Assembly: GCA_045589155.1 (NCBI GenBank)
Contig: JAZNGC010000017.1
Span: forward strand, 3,771 to 67,770
Direction: 5' to 3'
From: Lachnospiraceae bacterium
Lineage (GTDB): Bacteria; Bacillota; Clostridia; Lachnospirales; Lachnospiraceae
DNA length: 64,000 nucleotides
Shown piece after piece: positions 20,120 through 29,033 of this stretch. Below the pieces are notes generated by a model. That model saw only the letters and a list, made by a program, of their open reading frames with translations. It had not been told where the DNA came from and made no database searches. The stretch's first letter is position 1. Every line of letters starts with the position of its first letter. Made by a program: the position numbers and the translations under genes.

Positions 20120-21568
20120 ATGGAGAGATATAGAGAAGAGGTAGAAGTGGAATACGGGGATAAGATGACATCAAAACTCCGCGATACAATGGCTTATTTG
20201 AATAATAGACTTGCAGTGGAAAAAAACTTTGATGTGATATATCGTGTGATACACATTGGGGGGAGGGAAGCCTGCATCTATTTTGTGGATGGGTTTTGCA
20301 AAGATGAGGTGATGCAGAAATTACTGCAACATTTTATGTCCATGACTGAGGAAGAATTTCCGGCAAATTCCTATGAAATGGCAAAACAGGGTGTTCCCTA
20401 TGGGGAGGTTGACCTGGCAGATAAGTGGAACGATATTTTGTATGCGTATATGTCCGGTGTTTTTATATTAATCATTGACGGATATGACAGAGCTATATTA
20501 ATTGATTCCAGAACCTATCCGGCAAGAAGTGTCTCTGAACCGGAAAAAGAAAAGGCCCAGAGAGGCTCCAAGGATGGTTTTGTGGAAACTGTGGTTTTCA
20601 ATACAGCCCTAATCAGAAGACGAATAAGAAGTACGGATCTGCGCATGGAAATGATGTGTGCAGGGAATAGTTCGAGAACGGATATAGTGGTGTGCTATAT
20701 GGAAGGAAGGGTAGACCATAAGTTGCTCTGCATGGTAAAGGAAAGAATTAAAAATATCCGTGTAGATGCTCTGAATATGAATCAGGAGAGTTTGGCAGAA
20801 TGTCTGTATCAAAGAAAGTGGTATAATCCATTCCCGAAATTTAAGTATACAGAGCGCCCGGACACAGCATCTGCACATGTTTTAGAAGGGAATATTGTTG
20901 TATTGGTAGACAATTCACCTCTGGCGATGGTTATTCCAACATCGGCATTTGATGCAGTAGAGGAAGCGGATGATTATTATTTTCCGCCTATTACCGGTAC
21001 TTATATCAGGTTGTCCCGTTTTCTCATTATGTTGGTTACCTATTTTTTGACACCAACTTTTTTGCTCTTAATGTCTAATCGCGATTGGATACCGGAAAGT
21101 TTTCAGTTTATCGTTTTAAAAGAACAGGAAAACATACCGCTTATATGGCAATTTCTGATATTGGAATTGGCAATAGATGGTTTAAGGCTTGCAGCAGTGA
21201 ATACTCCAAGTATGCTTAGTACTCCCTTAAGTGTTATGGCAGCCTTGGTGCTGGGGGAGTTTTCGGTAAACAGCGGATGGTTCAATTCGGAAGTGATGCT
21301 CTATATGGCGTTCGTAGCTATTGCAAATTATACACAGTCAAATTATGAGATGGGATATGCATTGAAATTTATGAGAATTATAACTTTGATTTTGACTGCG
21401 ATATTTGGACTGACAGGTTATATAGGTGGGGTACTAATTTTGATAAGCTCTCTGGTGTTTAACAAAACCATGGCAGGAAAAAGTTACCTTTATCCATTGT
21501 TTCCCTTTAATGGAAAGCAACTTTTTCATAGAATGTTCAGAACTCGTATGCAAAACGCCAAGAAGTAG
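20120..21568 (+). CDS. spoVAF: GerA-family spore protein, SpoVAF-like
   Basis: RGSKDGFVET, NTALIRRR, TERPD, VDNSP, DDYY, hydrophobic C-terminal half; ATG 20120 after AAGGAG (start uncertain). Confidence 0.8.
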   Translation: MERYREEVEVEYGDKMTSKLRDTMAYLNNRLAVEKNFDVIYRVIHIGGREACIYFVDGFCKDEVMQKLLQHFMSMTEEEFPANSYEMAKQGVPYGEVDLADKWNDILYAYMSGVFILIIDGYDRAILIDSRTYPARSVSEPEKEKAQRGSKDGFVETVVFNTALIRRRIRSTDLRMEMMCAGNSSRTDIVVCYMEGRVDHKLLCMVKERIKNIRVDALNMNQESLAECLYQRKWYNPFPKFKYTERPDTASAHVLEGNIVVLVDNSPLAMVIPTSAFDAVEEADDYYFPPITGTYIRLSRFLIMLVTYFLTPTFLLLMSNRDWIPESFQFIVLKEQENIPLIWQFLILELAIDGLRLAAVNTPSMLSTPLSVMAALVLGEFSVNSGWFNSEVMLYMAFVAIANYTQSNYEMGYALKFMRIITLILTAIFGLTGYIGGVLILISSLVFNKTMAGKSYLYPLFPFNGKQLFHRMFRTRMQNAKK

Positions 21569-21671
21569 TATTAAAAAACATGAGAAATATTTCCTATTTT
21601 GTCAAAATCATTTGAAATTCAAACAATATGCCTTTATAATGTTATTCAGAGTACATTTGGAGGTATAGTAT

Positions 21672-22541
21672 ATGAGTTTCAAAATTGTTACAGATAGTAC
21701 ATGTGATTTGCCGAAAGAGTATTTAGAGAAGCATGGTGTTCTGTGTGTGGATTTATGTTATACAATTTGTGGTGAGACTTATGGTGGAACAGGAAAGGAC
21801 CTGGATTGGAAAGAGTTTTATTCCATGATGAGAGATGGAAATATGCCAAGTACGTCCCAGGTTAATCCGGAAGAGTTTAAGACCCGCTTTTTAGAATGTC
21901 TGAAAGAGACAAATGAGATATTGTATCTTGCTTTTTCGTCCGGTCTCAGCGGTACATGCGGAAGTGCCCGCATTGCAGCGGAAGAACTTATGGAGAAAAA
22001 TCCGGATGTAAGAATCAGAGTAGTGGATTCTCTTTGTGCTTCCATGGGAGAAGGTTTATTTGTTTATAAGGCAGTCGGCTTGAAAGAAGAAGGTAAGACC
22101 ATGGATGAAGTTGCAGACTGGTTAGAAGAATATGTGCTTAATTTTATTCATGTGTTCACTGTAGACGATTTAAATCATCTATACCGCGGCGGACGTGTGA
22201 ATAAGGCGACGGCAATCATTGGAACGATTGCTGCAATAAAACCTCTTCTGCACGTAGATGATGAAGGACATCTGATAGCACTAAGCAAAACCCGTGGCAG
22301 AAAGAAATCTTTGATTGGTCTTGTGGATTTGATGGAAGAAAAGATGGGTAACTTCAAAGAGCAGAACGATATGATTATGATTAGTCATGGTGATGCGCTT
22401 GAAGATGCAGAATTTGTAAGAGATGAGGTTAAATCCAGATTTGGATTTGAGAACTTCATGATTAATAATATCGGTCCTACAATCGGAGCTCATTCCGGCC
22501 CCGGAACCATTGCTTTGTTTTTCATGGGTGAAAAAAGATAA
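21672..22541 (+). CDS. DegV family fatty-acid binding protein
   Basis: IVTDSTCDLP, STSQ, SSGLSGT, GGR, IGAHSGPG. Confidence 0.93.
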   Translation: MSFKIVTDSTCDLPKEYLEKHGVLCVDLCYTICGETYGGTGKDLDWKEFYSMMRDGNMPSTSQVNPEEFKTRFLECLKETNEILYLAFSSGLSGTCGSARIAAEELMEKNPDVRIRVVDSLCASMGEGLFVYKAVGLKEEGKTMDEVADWLEEYVLNFIHVFTVDDLNHLYRGGRVNKATAIIGTIAAIKPLLHVDDEGHLIALSKTRGRKKSLIGLVDLMEEKMGNFKEQNDMIMISHGDALEDAEFVRDEVKSRFGFENFMINNIGPTIGAHSGPGTIALFFMGEKR

Positions 22542-22551
22542 GAAAGATTAT

Positions 22552-22586
22552 AAAAGAGAGAGTTGGCAAAAATGCCAACTCTTTTT
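22552..22586. terminator. Bidirectional terminator
   Basis: AGAGTTGGCA-aaaa-TGCCAACTCT with A/T flanks between convergent genes. Confidence 0.75.
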
Positions 22587-23187
22587 ATTTTTTACGAAAA
22601 TGTTTCATAACAAGTAAAACCAAAAGTAGAAGTAAAATGATTTTGGTTAGTGTGGAATATTTGTGAAATATATTGCTTATCATTTCCCAGTTGTCACCTA
22701 ATATATTTCCTAACGAAACAAGTATGGTATTCCAGATCAGACTTCCCAGTGTAGTGTAAATAATAAAACGTCCTTGTGGCATTTCACATATACCGGCCGG
22801 AATGGATATTAAACTGCGTAAAATAGGTATAAAGCGACAATAAAAAACAGAAGCATTTCCCTTCTCCCGGAAACGGGAAATAGAACGGCAGATGTCGGTT
22901 GTTTTAAAATGTAAAATTCTTCCCAATGGTCCCATGGAAAGAGAGATTAATCGTTCCTGATTTAATATTTTTCCCGCATAGTAAAGAATGATTGCTCCCA
23001 GTAGGGAACCGAAAGTAGAAAATAAAATGACACCCGGAACATTCATGGAGGTATAGGTGGTCATAAACCCTCCGAGTGTTAAAATGACTTCAGAAGGGAT
23101 TGGCGGAAATATATTTTCCAAGGTGATGAGAAGTAAGATTCCGATGTATCCGAAACGGTTCATAAATGAAATGATTAATTCTTGCAT
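22585..23187 (-). CDS. DedA family membrane protein
   Basis: LENIFPPIPSEVIL, RFIPILRSLISIPAG. Confidence 0.92.
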   Translation of the reverse strand: MQELIISFMNRFGYIGILLLITLENIFPPIPSEVILTLGGFMTTYTSMNVPGVILFSTFGSLLGAIILYYAGKILNQERLISLSMGPLGRILHFKTTDICRSISRFREKGNASVFYCRFIPILRSLISIPAGICEMPQGRFIIYTTLGSLIWNTILVSLGNILGDNWEMISNIFHKYSTLTKIILLLLLVLLVMKHFRKK

Positions 23188-23264
23188 GAGGTCTCCAAGA
23201 GAGCGGTTTAATATATTTTATTAAAATATATTTGAGATATGCACAATTAAATTTATATTATTCC

Positions 23265-23311
23265 TTGACAACCTAACAAGTGTTAGATAAAATAAACCTA
23301 ACACTTGTTAG
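23265..23311 (+). promoter_or_regulatory. sigmaA promoter with two TetR-type operators
   Basis: TTGACA-17-TAAAAT; CTAACAAGTGTTAG (23273-86) and its exact reverse complement CTAACACTTGTTAG (23298-311). Confidence 0.8.
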
Positions 23312-23325
23312 ACAGAGAGGCGGAT

Positions 23326-23913
23326 ATGAAAACGAAAGATTTTATTCTCGAAAATGCATTAGATTTGTTTGCAAAGTCAGGTTATTATGCTGTATCCATA
23401 AGAACGATTGCAAAGTCTGTAAAGATAAAAGAAAGTTCTATATATTATCATTTTAAAAACAAACAGGATATATTAGATTCACTTATTGATAAGTATGAAA
23501 GACATATAAATGAACTTGTTGACATGCTAAAGAAAGCATTGTCAGAATGTGAGGGCTCAGGTTCTCTTTCCTGGGAATGGATGAACGGATATTATTTTGA
23601 AAAGTATTTATTTGATCCATTTTGCAATCAAATGATGCGTTTTATGATGCTTGAACAATTCGAAAGTGAGAAAATGAGTAAATTATATGAGTATTATCTC
23701 TTTGAATTGCCAAGAAAAATTCAGGCTGAGTCATTCATGATGTTGGCCCGATATGGGATTTTAACGCAGGAACAGGCGGAGCAATACGGAGACGTTTTTT
23801 TTGCGGGTATGACGACGCTTACCTATAAATATTTATTGTGTGGAGAGTTGACGGAAGAGAAAAAGAAAGCATTTGTTAAGGATACAGGTTTATTTATTGA
23901 AAGGATGTTTTAG
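23326..23913 (+). CDS. TetR/AcrR family transcriptional regulator
   Basis: ILENALDLFAKSGY..SIYYHFKNKQDIL HTH; ATG 23326 after GAGG. Confidence 0.92.
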   Translation: MKTKDFILENALDLFAKSGYYAVSIRTIAKSVKIKESSIYYHFKNKQDILDSLIDKYERHINELVDMLKKALSECEGSGSLSWEWMNGYYFEKYLFDPFCNQMMRFMMLEQFESEKMSKLYEYYLFELPRKIQAESFMMLARYGILTQEQAEQYGDVFFAGMTTLTYKYLLCGELTEEKKKAFVKDTGLFIERMF

Positions 23914-23925
23914 GAGGAAAACAGT

Positions 23926-24675
23926 ATGGCAAATATATTGATTGTCGGTGCAAACCAAGGGATTGGGTATTATATGGTAGAACGTTTACTTGAAAAGGGA
24001 CATAATGTGTCTGTTTTGGATATTTGTGAGGAAAATATAAGTGTCTTAAAAGAACAATACCATGAAAGATTATTGATTATGAAAGCGGATGCGGCGGAAG
24101 AGAACTCTTTGCGTGAAGGTATTAATGCTTCCTTAAGCAGATTTGGTAAAATTGATATTGCAATTCATAATGCCTGTCTGTGTACCTTTGAAAATGAACA
24201 AAACACAGATTATGAAGTTTATAAAAAGGTAATGGATATCAATTATTTTGGAGCCTTAAGACTATCTAAATTAGTGCTTCCTTATATGCGGGAAGAAAAA
24301 TGCGGCAGAATCATTTTCACCGGTTCCGGAGTAGGGGTAACCGGGTTTGGGAATATTTCCCCTTATGCATCTTCGAAAGGTGCAATTGAATCCCTTGCAA
24401 AATGTTTGGCAATAGAAAATCAGGATTATGGAATCAGTTTTCACATTATGCATCCGCCTCTTACCGATACGGCTTCGGCATCGGGACTTCCTGTTCCAAA
24501 AGAATTTATGGCATCGGCAAAGGCTGTTGGAAAAGGGTTGGCAGATAATATTTTTTCGAAGAAGTTTATAATTTGCCATTCCATAAGCCAAAGCTTACAA
24601 ATGAAATTGTGTTATCGGCATCCGTTATATATGGGAAATATGATGTGGAAGATGACACAACGGGTAAAAGGTTAA
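23926..24675 (+). CDS. Short-chain dehydrogenase/reductase
   Basis: GANQGIG, HNA, YASSK. Confidence 0.9.
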   Translation: MANILIVGANQGIGYYMVERLLEKGHNVSVLDICEENISVLKEQYHERLLIMKADAAEENSLREGINASLSRFGKIDIAIHNACLCTFENEQNTDYEVYKKVMDINYFGALRLSKLVLPYMREEKCGRIIFTGSGVGVTGFGNISPYASSKGAIESLAKCLAIENQDYGISFHIMHPPLTDTASASGLPVPKEFMASAKAVGKGLADNIFSKKFIICHSISQSLQMKLCYRHPLYMGNMMWKMTQRVKG

Positions 24676-24680
24676 TAAAT

Positions 24681-24715
24681 AAAGCCGTCTGTTTCAGAGG
24701 AAACGGGCGGCTTTT
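24681..24715. terminator. Bidirectional terminator
   Basis: AAAGCCGTCTGTTTC-agag-GAAACGGGCGGCTTT. Confidence 0.75.
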
Positions 24716-24726
24716 GAAACATATAA

Positions 24727-25338
24727 TTATTTACAATTATCAGTGGTATCGAATCCGGGGTTGAAAGCATAAAAGTTTTTAGAGTTTAATTTATCCTGTG
24801 TGATGCGAAGTGCTTCCCCGAAACGCTGGAAATGCACGATTTCTCTTTCGCGGAGGAATTTGATGGGTTCGCATATATCGGGTTCTTTCACAAGGCGGAG
24901 GATGTTGTCGTAGGTGGTACGGGCTTTTTGCTCTGCTGCCATATTTTCGAAAAGGTCTGTGATGATGTCACCTTTGGACTGGAATACACATGCATTAAAA
25001 GGAACTCCTCCGGCAGCTTGGGGCCATATACCTACGGTGTGGTCCACATAATATTTATCAAAACCACTGGCCTGGATTTCTTCCATGGAAAGATTTTTGG
25101 TGAGTTGGTGTACAATGGCACAGATCATTTCCATATGCGCCAGTTCTTCGGTACCAATATCAGTGAGCAAGCCGGCAACTTCACGGTAAGGAGTAGAATA
25201 TCGCTGTGACAGATAGCGTTGACTGGCTGCTAATTCGCCGTCCGGTCCACCGAATTGGCTGATGATAACTTGTGCCAGTTTTGCATTGGGTTCTTTGATA
25301 TTTACAGGGAACTGTAAGCGTCTTTCATAATTCCACAT
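24727..25338 (-). CDS. cotJC: Spore coat protein CotJC (manganese catalase family)
   Basis: QFGGPDGEL, DIGTEELAH, AAEQKAR, REREIVH. Confidence 0.92.
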   Translation of the reverse strand: MWNYERRLQFPVNIKEPNAKLAQVIISQFGGPDGELAASQRYLSQRYSTPYREVAGLLTDIGTEELAHMEMICAIVHQLTKNLSMEEIQASGFDKYYVDHTVGIWPQAAGGVPFNACVFQSKGDIITDLFENMAAEQKARTTYDNILRLVKEPDICEPIKFLREREIVHFQRFGEALRITQDKLNSKNFYAFNPGFDTTDNCK

Positions 25339-25341
25339 AGT

Positions 25342-25608
25342 TTAACAACCTCCTTCCCAGGGCATAGGTGCCAAAGCCCAGGACCATTCCTTTGTGTCCT
25401 GTGAGCAGGTGGCATTTAACGGGTAAAATTTTGTGGCAAAGTCTTGTTTCAATTGTTTCTCAATGAGAGAATAGTGATTGAAATATTCCATGGCTTGTTT
25501 ATCATACGGATGAGTATCAAGGTATAAGGTCAGTTCTACCAAGGTAAAACTAATGATTCCGATATCCTTCAGCATACGGGTTTGCTCGTTCATAAGCATC
25601 TGTCGCAT
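25342..25608 (-). CDS. cotJB: Spore coat protein CotJB
   Basis: ELTLYLDTHP, WSWALAPMPWE. Confidence 0.92.
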   Translation of the reverse strand: MRQMLMNEQTRMLKDIGIISFTLVELTLYLDTHPYDKQAMEYFNHYSLIEKQLKQDFATKFYPLNATCSQDTKEWSWALAPMPWEGGC

Positions 25609-25775
25609 GTGTTCCCCCTCCTTCCGGTAAAAGGTTTGTCTAATTCGGGAAAGATGGTACCGATTTTAAAGGCTTCCTCGAGATTTTCGTAGATGGTGCA
25701 AAGATGTTGCCATGGGACATAGGCCATGGCGACGGCAAATTTGTCAAAATATTCGTTAAAACTATAATCTTGCAT
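25590..25775 (-). CDS. cotJA: Spore coat-associated protein CotJA
   Basis: AMAYVPWQ, GTIFPELDKP; ATG 25775 after GAGAGG. Confidence 0.9.
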   Translation of the reverse strand: MQDYSFNEYFDKFAVAMAYVPWQHLCTIYENLEEAFKIGTIFPELDKPFTGRRGNTCDRCL

Positions 25776-25811
25776 AAATAGCCTCTCATAAAGCTTAAAG
25801 TAATTTAATAA

Positions 25812-25838
25812 TATATTATGTTGCACAATAAAATTTGT
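25812..25838 (-). promoter_or_regulatory. Mother-cell (sigmaK/sigmaE-type) promoter of cotJ
   Basis: Minus strand AC-N16-CATAATATA. Confidence 0.55.
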
Positions 25839-25861
25839 GTATCTGAAAATATACACAAATA

Positions 25862-25939
25862 TTGACATTTCTTTAACAGTTTACTTGCTTTAATCCATGA
25901 TTTATGTTTTACTAAAGATAGTTGTGATTTTTTTATCAA
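25862..25939 (+). promoter_or_regulatory. Putative Rex operators upstream of hydrogenase
   Basis: TTGTGATTTTTTTATCAA (25922-39) and weaker TTGACATTTCTTTAACAG (25862-79), both 18-bp Rex-like. Confidence 0.55.
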
Positions 25940-25967
25940 AGTGTAAAACTTTGTAGGAGGAAATAAC

Positions 25968-27470
25968 ATGAGTGACATGAGAGGAATTGACACACCGGTC
26001 AGACAGCGAAGAAGACAGGTGTTCAAGGAAGTGGCCGAATTGGCATATAATTCTAAAAACTTAAAAGATGATATGGAAGCCCTGCCTTATAAGATTGTTG
26101 ACAATGATGAGACAATTTATTGGGAAAGTATATACCGTGAACGTGCAGTTGTGCGTGAAAGAATCCGTTTGGCGATGGGAATGTCCCTTCGTGCAGAGGA
26201 TAGAAGTAAACCGGGACATCTTACAGAAGGTGTGGAGGAAAGTAATATTGATGAAAAATATTATGAACCCCCTCTTATGCAGGTTATTCCGTCTGCATGT
26301 AATGCATGCCCGGAAAATCAGTTTGAAGTAAGCAATCTTTGTATGGGGTGTGTGGCACATCCCTGTGTGTCGGTGTGTCCTGTGGGCGCTATTTCCATGG
26401 AAAACGGAAAGTCAAAGATTGACAAGGATAAATGCATAAAATGCGGAAAATGTATGTCAGTTTGTCCTTATAATGCAATTATCCACAGAGAACGTCCCTG
26501 TGAAAAAGCGTGCGGTGTAAATGCGATTAAAAGTGATAGCCGCGGAAGAGCGATTATTGATAATGACATTTGTGTATCTTGTGGTCAGTGTATGGTTAGT
26601 TGCCCGTTTGGTGCCATAGCGGATAAATCCCAGATTTTCCAGCTTATCCGTGCGATGCAGTCCGGAAGAAAGATTATTGCCCAGGTGGCACCGGCATTTG
26701 TAGGTCAGTTTGGTCCCAAGGTAAGTCCGGATATGTTTAAGACGGCACTGAAAGAACTTGGTTTTGCAGATGTATACGAGACGGCGATTGGAGCGGACCT
26801 TGGTTGCATAGCAGAGGCGGAGCATTATGTGAAAGAGGTTGCCAGCGGTAATCAGGCGTTTGCGCTTACTTCATGTTGTCCGTCCTGGTCAGTGATGGCA
26901 AAAAATCTTTTCCCTGAGACCATTGATAAAATCAGTAATGCGCTGACCCCTATGGTGGCAACCGCACGTATTATTAAAGAAGAACATCCGGATGCAAGTG
27001 TTGTATTTATCGGACCTTGTGCATCCAAGAAACTTGAGGCATCCAGAAGAACCGTAAGATCTGATGTGGACTTCGTTATTACCTTCGAAGAACTTACCGG
27101 TATGTTTGAGGCGAAAGGTATTCTGCTTGAGGAAATTAAGGCGATGGATCAGATGCAGGATGCAACAGCGGCAGGCCGTGGTTATGGTGTGGCAGGCGGT
27201 GTGGCTAATGCAATCGAAGAATGTGTGAAAAAGTACTATCCCGGTGTGGAGGTACGCATTGAACACGCAGAAAGTCTTGCAGAATGTAAAAAAATGCTTC
27301 TGCTTGCAAAGGCAGGTAAGAAAAACGGTTGCCTGATTGAGGGTATGGCATGTCCCGGCGGATGTATTGCCGGTGCGGGAACCAATATTGCTCTCGGACA
27401 GGCGGCAAAAGAATTGGCGAAGTTTAAATCCAGCGCGCAGCAGGCATTACCCGAGATGCAGGAAGAGTAG
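25968..27470 (+). CDS. Monomeric [FeFe] hydrogenase (group B-like) with ferredoxin domains
   Basis: H-cluster motifs TSCCPSW, GPCASKKLE, EGMACPGGCIAG; several CxxCxxCxxxCP motifs. Confidence 0.9.
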   Translation: MSDMRGIDTPVRQRRRQVFKEVAELAYNSKNLKDDMEALPYKIVDNDETIYWESIYRERAVVRERIRLAMGMSLRAEDRSKPGHLTEGVEESNIDEKYYEPPLMQVIPSACNACPENQFEVSNLCMGCVAHPCVSVCPVGAISMENGKSKIDKDKCIKCGKCMSVCPYNAIIHRERPCEKACGVNAIKSDSRGRAIIDNDICVSCGQCMVSCPFGAIADKSQIFQLIRAMQSGRKIIAQVAPAFVGQFGPKVSPDMFKTALKELGFADVYETAIGADLGCIAEAEHYVKEVASGNQAFALTSCCPSWSVMAKNLFPETIDKISNALTPMVATARIIKEEHPDASVVFIGPCASKKLEASRRTVRSDVDFVITFEELTGMFEAKGILLEEIKAMDQMQDATAAGRGYGVAGGVANAIEECVKKYYPGVEVRIEHAESLAECKKMLLLAKAGKKNGCLIEGMACPGGCIAGAGTNIALGQAAKELAKFKSSAQQALPEMQEE

Positions 27471-27575
27471 TGTTAACGGGAAATTTATACTAAAAATATC
27501 ATTGCAGTTTTTAGGGAAACCTTATAAAATGGATAGAGATATGTACCAGGGTATAAACCCGGAACGGAGGAAATT

Positions 27576-29033
27576 ATGACAAAGATTAGGACAAGATACG
27601 CACCCAGTCCCACCGGAAAAATGCATGTGGGAAATTTGCGTTCTGCATTATATGAGTTTCTGATTGCAAAGCATGAAGGCGGAGATTTTATGCTTCGTAT
27701 CGAGGATACAGACCAAGAGCGTTTCGTGGAAGGTGCAACAGAAATTATTTACCGTACTATGGAAAAGACAGGACTGATTCACGATGAAGGTCCGGACAAA
27801 GACGGTGGATACGGTCCTTATGTTCAGAGTGAGCGTATGCAGACCGGCATCTATATGAAATATGCGAAAGAACTTGTGGAAAAAGGAGAGGCATATTATT
27901 GCTTTTGTGATAAAGAAAGATTAGCTTCCCTGAAGACGGAAATTGTGGAAGGCAAAGAAATTATGATTTATGACAAACATTGCCTTGGACTTTCTAAAGA
28001 GGAAGTAGAAGAGAATCTGGCGGCAGGTAAGCCCTTTGTTATCCGTCAGAACAATCCTCAGGAGGGAACCACAACCTTCCATGACGAACTTTATGGAGCT
28101 ATTACGGTTAATAATAGTGAGCTGGATGATATGATCCTGATTAAATCAGACGGATATCCTACTTATAACTTCGCAAACGTAGTAGATGACCATACTATGA
28201 ATATTACACATGTTGTGAGAGGAAATGAATATCTCTCTTCTTCTCCCAAATATGTAAGACTGTATGATGCCTTCGGTTGGGAGGTTCCGGTATATGTACA
28301 TCTGCCGCTTATTACAGATGAAAATCATAAAAAACTTTCCAAGAGAAGTGGTCATTCTTCCTTTGAAGATTTACTGGAGCAGGGTTTTGTGACAGAGGCA
28401 ATTGTAAACTATATTGCCCTTCTTGGTTGGAGCCCTGAGGATAATCGCGAAATCTTTACATTGGATGAGCTTATCAAAAATTTTGATTACAAAAGAATCA
28501 GTAAATCCCCTGCGGTATTCGATATTGTAAAACTGAGATGGATGAACGGCGAGTACTTAAAGGCTATGGATTTTGATAAGTTCTATGAGATGGCTGAGCC
28601 TTATCTGAAAGAGACACTTACAAAAGACTTTGACCTGAAAAAGATCGCTGCTATGGTTAAAACACGTATTGAAGTGTTCCCTGACATCGCAGGCCAGGTT
28701 GATTTCTTTGAGGCACTTCCTGAGTACGATATTGAAATGTACACCCACAAGAAGATGAAGACGGATTCTGCATCTTCACTGGAAGTTCTTACAGACTTAC
28801 TGCCTATTCTGGAGGCACAGGAAGATTATAGCAATGATGCTCTTTACCAGGCACTTTCTGAATACGTTGCCAAGAAAGAGTGTAAAAACGGATATGTTAT
28901 GTGGCCGGTAAGAACCGCAGTTTCCGGTAAGCAGATGACACCTGCCGGAGCGACAGAGATTATGGAGATTCTCGGCAAAGAAGAATCCTTGGCCCGTATC
29001 CGTAAAGGAATTGAAAAATTACAGAATGCTTAA
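27576..29033 (+). CDS. gltX: Glutamate--tRNA ligase
   Basis: [23 protein letters not shown]. Confidence 0.97.
   Translation: MTKIRTRYAPSPTGKMHVGNLRSALYEFLIAKHEGGDFMLRIEDTDQERFVEGATEIIYRTMEKTGLIHDEGPDKDGGYGPYVQSERMQTGIYMKYAKELVEKGEAYYCFCDKERLASLKTEIVEGKEIMIYDKHCLGLSKEEVEENLAAGKPFVIRQNNPQEGTTTFHDELYGAITVNNSELDDMILIKSDGYPTYNFANVVDDHTMNITHVVRGNEYLSSSPKYVRLYDAFGWEVPVYVHLPLITDENHKKLSKRSGHSSFEDLLEQGFVTEAIVNYIALLGWSPEDNREIFTLDELIKNFDYKRISKSPAVFDIVKLRWMNGEYLKAMDFDKFYEMAEPYLKETLTKDFDLKKIAAMVKTRIEVFPDIAGQVDFFEALPEYDIEMYTHKKMKTDSASSLEVLTDLLPILEAQEDYSNDALYQALSEYVAKKECKNGYVMWPVRTAVSGKQMTPAGATEIMEILGKEESLARIRKGIEKLQNA

Noticed and set aside
23210-23232. AT-only palindrome AATATATTTTATTAAAATATATT upstream of dedA
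   Set aside because: Low complexity in AT-rich intergenic DNA and unlike the TetR operator
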